NCBI RefSeq assembly: GCF_000315625.1
Contig: NW_005434666.1
Location: 854,748-918,747 of the forward strand
Source of the DNA: Guillardia theta CCMP2712
Taxonomy: Eukaryota; Protista; Cryptophyta
Direction: 5' to 3'
Length of the DNA: 64,000 nucleotides
The position numbers were made by a program, and so were the translations under genes. This document shows positions 59,430 to 64,000 of this stretch, piece after piece. Position 1 is the first letter of the stretch. Every line of letters starts with the position of its first letter. The notes beneath the pieces were generated by a model, which was given only the letters and a program-made list of their open reading frames with translations, had not been told where the DNA came from and searched no databases.

Positions 59430-61569
59430 TAACCGTCTGATTCATTGAAGGAAACGGATTTCTTCCCGAAAAAACCAAAGTATGGAAGACTTCAAAGCTC
59501 CTCCTTCTTGCCACCGGACGCAGAGCAGATAGGCTTGCAGAAAGTGCCAGCGACCGTCTTGGGGTCAGAATCAAGATTATTGACGATGAGATTTGCAAGG
59601 TCCCCATCGTCTTCACTCAACCTGCAAGGATGGAAATCACCCCCGAGCCTGCAGTTCCCGAAGGGATGAACCAAGCCCTGACCTCTCATCGATGGTGTCC
59701 CGACATGCCAGCCGGATCATGGCATACCGCATCACATTGTACTCGTGCTCGTCCCTGATGATTTCCATGAATCAACAACTACTAGGATTGAAGTCAGGAA
59801 GTTCACCGGGAGTTCTCCGACCCCCGCCCGTCTTCACTGTTAGGATGTTTGTCCTTCTTCCTCTTGTCCTGCCTGGAGAGCTTCCAGGGCCCTTCAGGAT
59901 CATCCTGGCAGAGCAATCAGCTGCAACACATCTCATTACATGATCCTCAGATCACCTGAAAAATGTGGTAGCCTTGAGCCCACTCAGGAGGGTTTCCAGG
60001 TACAGCAGGGTAGTAACCTTGCCTGGGAGGTATAACATGTCAAAGGCTTCCAAGCAGCGAGAAGTGCTTGCGGTCTTCACCTCAGCCTTTCATAATCCTT
60101 CCCATGACAAATCTTTTGAACGATGTCAGTGACGAGAGATTCTCTCTGCAAGGGCAAGTTAAAACGGCCTTGTCCTGTACCTTAGCTCTGCTAATTCACC
60201 TGCCATCGGTCCTTGAACTGGGGAGTCGTCGACCTCATCTCTTTCACTTTTTCAATGGCTTTCCGCACCCCAACCTTGCATACAGTGCACTGAAGGTCTA
60301 CCCTTCCCTTGTTGACTTTTTCCTTCGAGGCAAGTCAAGCTCGTGCTGGACAAGGCGTGTGTATCTAACCTGGAATGGAGGATCAAGGGTCTTCTCTGGA
60401 TAGTGAGCTTCCAATTCCAGCATCTCGCTGATTGCACCAGATGTGTCTCGTTTGTTGAGAAAGTCTTGATAAAAAAATCAAAGCACAAACATTCCAGGAA
60501 GCATCAAACCTTGCATCATGTCCGAAGGGTTGGGAGGTGGTGCGGGAGCAGCAGTCTTGGGAGTGTATGGAACTTTCCCCTTTCTCTTCTACAGATGGAG
60601 CTTGGTCACTCCGTGTCTACATGGAGAAACACACAGACCTCTTCTGGTTTGATGGCCTGCGGGCAAAAATCGAGTGCAATCTCTTGCGGAGTGGAGGAAT
60701 CAACCCTTTTGTACATCACCTGCCGACTTGCTCAGCGATCTGCAGGGACGGCTGCAACCAGGGTCTGACCTCGGATACTTCTTGCTGAAGTTCTTCACAC
60801 CAATCCATGCAGACCTTGATGGAAGAGGTGTGAGCGAGGTGAGAGGTTGAGATAACGAGCAAACCTTCTTTGTGAGCAGGAGGCCTTCAACCACTTGCTG
60901 GGAGTTGCCACCCTCGGGCATGCCCCCGAACATGTCGTCCTCATCGTCGTCGTCTGTCTTGTTCTTCTTCATCAGTTTCCATACACCCGTGTCATCCTTG
61001 TCGAAGGTGTAGCGTTGCACAACTCCCAAGCAGATGGCCATTCCCGCCGTGTCATAGATGTTGTCTTCTCCTTCATCTTTCATCTTGTGCTTGACCAATT
61101 CGGTGTGCATTTCACTGATCTAAGTTGGCAGGAACAATCAGAATCCATCCGACCCACCCACTCAGTTGCTTCCTACCACTGCATTGCACATGTCCGACTC
61201 AGTGTCAGGATGAATTTTGTAGTTCTTCCCTTGCATGAGGATCTTTTTCTTGAAGACCTGACAAGACAGAACTCGTCAGATGGAGCATCGTCCATCATCA
61301 CATTGGTTGAAAGCACTTAACATGACAAGGACTCTACATCAAACTCCCCCTCCCTCCCTCCCAGGCAGTCCCAACAAAGATGGCACCCCTACGGTCTTCG
61401 ACCAGCAACCCACCATCTCCCTCACTTGCGAGCACATGATGCATGAGGCTGAGAGGCATGCGCATAGGATCACCTTCTTAGAGTCGGCCTCCTCCACCAT
61501 CAACATCATGAGCAAGGCCATCGCAGCCGCAGCCGCCACCGCAGCCCCACCCGACCTCGTGCTCAGCAT
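59430..61569 (-). pseudogene. Probable decayed gene for a secreted protein
   Basis: Signal-peptide-like MLSTRSGGAAVAAAAAMALLMMLMVEEADS, then protein-like segments (e.g. 60700-61110) broken by stops not explained by introns. Confidence 0.4.
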
Positions 61570-62226
61570 TCTTCGAGCTCTTCTACACTTCTCCCGGGGC
61601 AGCAACTTCTTACCTAGTAATGAATTTGCTGTCCTCTGTTCTTCCAGCTAGCGCGGCTGCTAGCGCGGTGACACTGTACTCTGGTCTGACAACATGTGCG
61701 GATCCTCCACAAACCCTCACACCACCCGCAAATATACTACCCTACCACACAAATTTCAACTCGTTACTACCCCCTACCCCCTTCAATGAATTGAATCATA
61801 GTCAAATGACCCATGTAGATCCTCCTTCTCGACCCACCCAAACTCTTTGGACCCCCATCAAAATTCATTCACCCCCACCCCTATACTACACCTCCCTTGC
61901 ACGGTGGATCGACGCTGCTGCCATTTCATAACCCTACCCCCGTCCCCCTGATTTACAGAACCACCCCTTCTAAATAGTTTGTTTTAGACCCCTGCTTTTA
62001 TACTATCCTACCCCCGGTTCATACATAGCCTGACACCCCACCCCCATTTCGTTCCACCCACCTCACTCCTTTGGACCCACTGCAACAAGGTGTTGACAGG
62101 TGGGGGTATATACCCCTACCATATACCATCAGCATTTGATTCAGTATCAAAGCACCGGTAGTCTGAACACCCCACCCATCTGAATGTTTATACCAGGCCC
62201 CGTTCGCTCCAAAATCACCTTTTACC

Positions 62227-63498
62227 ATGGCGGTTCGTTCCTTTGCCGCCGTGCGCTTTGTTCGAGCCGATGCGGAGGAGGGCTCGTCGTCCTCGCCCTC
62301 CTCTGTCTACTACCCTCCTTCCGCCCCCTCTCCCTCTCGCTCTCCCTTCTCCTCCTCACGTCCGGAGGAGTCACCCACTTTTGTACGCTTCAATCCTGCG
62401 ATGGTACGGAGGATTGGTCTTGCTGCCAGCGCTCACTTGACATTTTGCAGGACATGGACGAGGAGCAATGGGCTCCTCAAGCTTCCAACCAGGGAAGGTT
62501 TCCCTCTCCTTCACTCAAGCGCACAAGAAGCCCGGGTCATCAGCGTGATTCGCTCAAGAGCCGATACAGGTTCGATATGCCCAAGTTGTTTTCGTAGCTA
62601 AGGGTGTTCTCCATAGCCCAGGAAGACCAGGATCGCGGCGACATCAGAGATGGAGGAACGAGATGGATATGAGAGAGCCTCTTGACGAAGCTGAGCTTCG
62701 AGAGCTGTTTTCCATGAATTGGAAGTCCAAATTTGAAGGTGAGGGACTTTGCGACATCTTCGCTGGCATCTGAGATGTGCTCGAATCCAGAGCTCTTCGA
62801 GGGTGAAAACATGCAGCTCTGGAATGAGTTTTGCATGTGATCAGTTCTCGTGCTGGTGTGTGAGGGACTTGACTTTCGGGTAGGTCGAGTGAGGAGGAAC
62901 AGCGAGCTATGCTGAAGACGATGAATCCTGAAGTGAAAGGTCCTACGAAGCTCAGCCCAACCGATGATCCGAAGTACTTCCATGCGCACAATATCGCAAC
63001 ACTTATGGATGCTTGCTTGTAGGATGCTGTTCAATCGTTTGGATAGAAGAGTGAAGACTCTCTTAAAGGTTTGGAAGTTTCATTCTGGTTGAAGCATCCT
63101 TGATATCATGTGCAGAAAGGAGTTGCGAGAGATTTTGTCATTGAGTTCGAGACGGCATTGTGCAAGCTTTTGCATCCCAGCAAGTACATGGACGTCAAGG
63201 ACGACGAAAAGGAAGCAACACTTGAAGTTCATTCCTCAAGCACAGGAGCTTCTGTGGTGCTCCAGGACTCCATGAAGAGAATGCTGGCGCATGCAATCTG
63301 TCTATTTCACTCAGTGCAGGTCTGTCAGTTTGTTTGTGTTTGCTTCATAGGATTGATAAGTCGTACTAGAGCTTCACTCGGGACAGCAAGGAGACCAAGG
63401 GAGAGAAGCGTCTTATCATGTCTTGGAACAGAGAAGAGTATGCCTCGTCCGTTCACCCGCGAAAGCTCCTGCATGAGTACCTGGAGGAGATCGGATAG
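62227..63498 (+). CDS. R3H domain protein, R3HDM4-like
   Basis: Spliced exons contain the R3H-associated motif GSRRHQRWRNE and the R3H motif KRMLAHAICLFH. TAG at 63496-63498. Confidence 0.7.
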
Positions 63499-63591
63499 TC
63501 AGACATGACACGCGCAAGGATAACCTGACACTCTGTTTTGATCCTTTTCTTGATTTTTATTAATTAAGAACTCAAAAGAGGCCAACGAGTG

Positions 63592-64000
63592 TTATTCGAG
63601 GTTGTGGTGTTGGAGGAAACTGAGCTTCAGGAGCTTATCGGCGTTCAGTCGCTTCTCGGCCTTGACCTCGAAGCACTTGTCAAGAAAGTCCTTGACGGCA
63701 TGTGACTGCGCCATCACACTCGGCTCTTCCGCGTACTTGAGGACAAACTTGCGAAGGTCAGTCTTGGCCCAATCAGCGAAGATGCGCTGTGGAACAGAGA
63801 CGGGTTCGAAGATGTTGTTTCCTCGGAAGAGGAAGGGGCCTGACGCCTTGCCAGTTATCATCTCCGTCACGATGCAGCCGAGCGACCACACGTCGATCTT
63901 GCCCACCATGTCATCGTTGACGATGCGCAAGTCCCGCAGCTGAGGGTGGTTGGCGCTCCCACTCCCCATCTGCCTGTGCACGATCCACTCAGGGGCTGCG
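63592..64000 (-). CDS. Ser/Thr protein kinase, C-terminal lobe (partial; STE/MAP3K-like)
   Basis: APE, DVWSLGCIVTEMITGK, KDFLDKCF...KR. Runs off the window end. Confidence 0.9.
   Translation of the reverse strand, partial: AAPEWIVHRQMGSGSANHPQLRDLRIVNDDMVGKIDVWSLGCIVTEMITGKASGPFLFRGNNIFEPVSVPQRIFADWAKTDLRKFVLKYAEEPSVMAQSHAVKDFLDKCFEVKAEKRLNADKLLKLSFLQHHNLE

Overview
Gene-dense eukaryotic nuclear DNA, most likely from a cryptophyte alga such as Guillardia. This is inferred from ~43-55 nt spliceosomal introns, other introns swollen by GAG/CTC repeats, and signal peptide + Phe-start transit peptides typical of secondary red plastids. About 24 genes were reconstructed by manual splicing: a TM+MORN protein, an LRRC43-like protein, an ARM protein, an SPX-RWP-RK fusion transcription factor, a MORN+3xC2 protein, a plastid-targeted soluble-transhydrogenase-like flavoprotein, a UCH deubiquitinase with a long N-terminal extension, a divergent Sec23/Sec24 paralog, a plastid SET-like protein, a full-length ABCA transporter flanked by an inverted pair of small acylated-protein paralogs, a U-box-like/UIM-like/treble-clef protein, CLPTM1, a DoxX-like protein, a TSP1-repeat protein, an R3HDM4-like protein and a partial kinase. 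There is one 100-N gap. No rRNA, tRNA, CRISPR or intact transposase was seen. The most interesting candidate is the 495-aa SPX-RWP-RK fusion (11618-13352, minus), which puts an inositol-pyrophosphate sensor and an NLP/RKD-family DNA-binding domain in one chain. Intergenic DNA carries recurring motifs, GC-rich islands and strand-skewed GGGGT islands. Domain calls are by-eye motif recognition, not database searches, and many gene ends are approximate.
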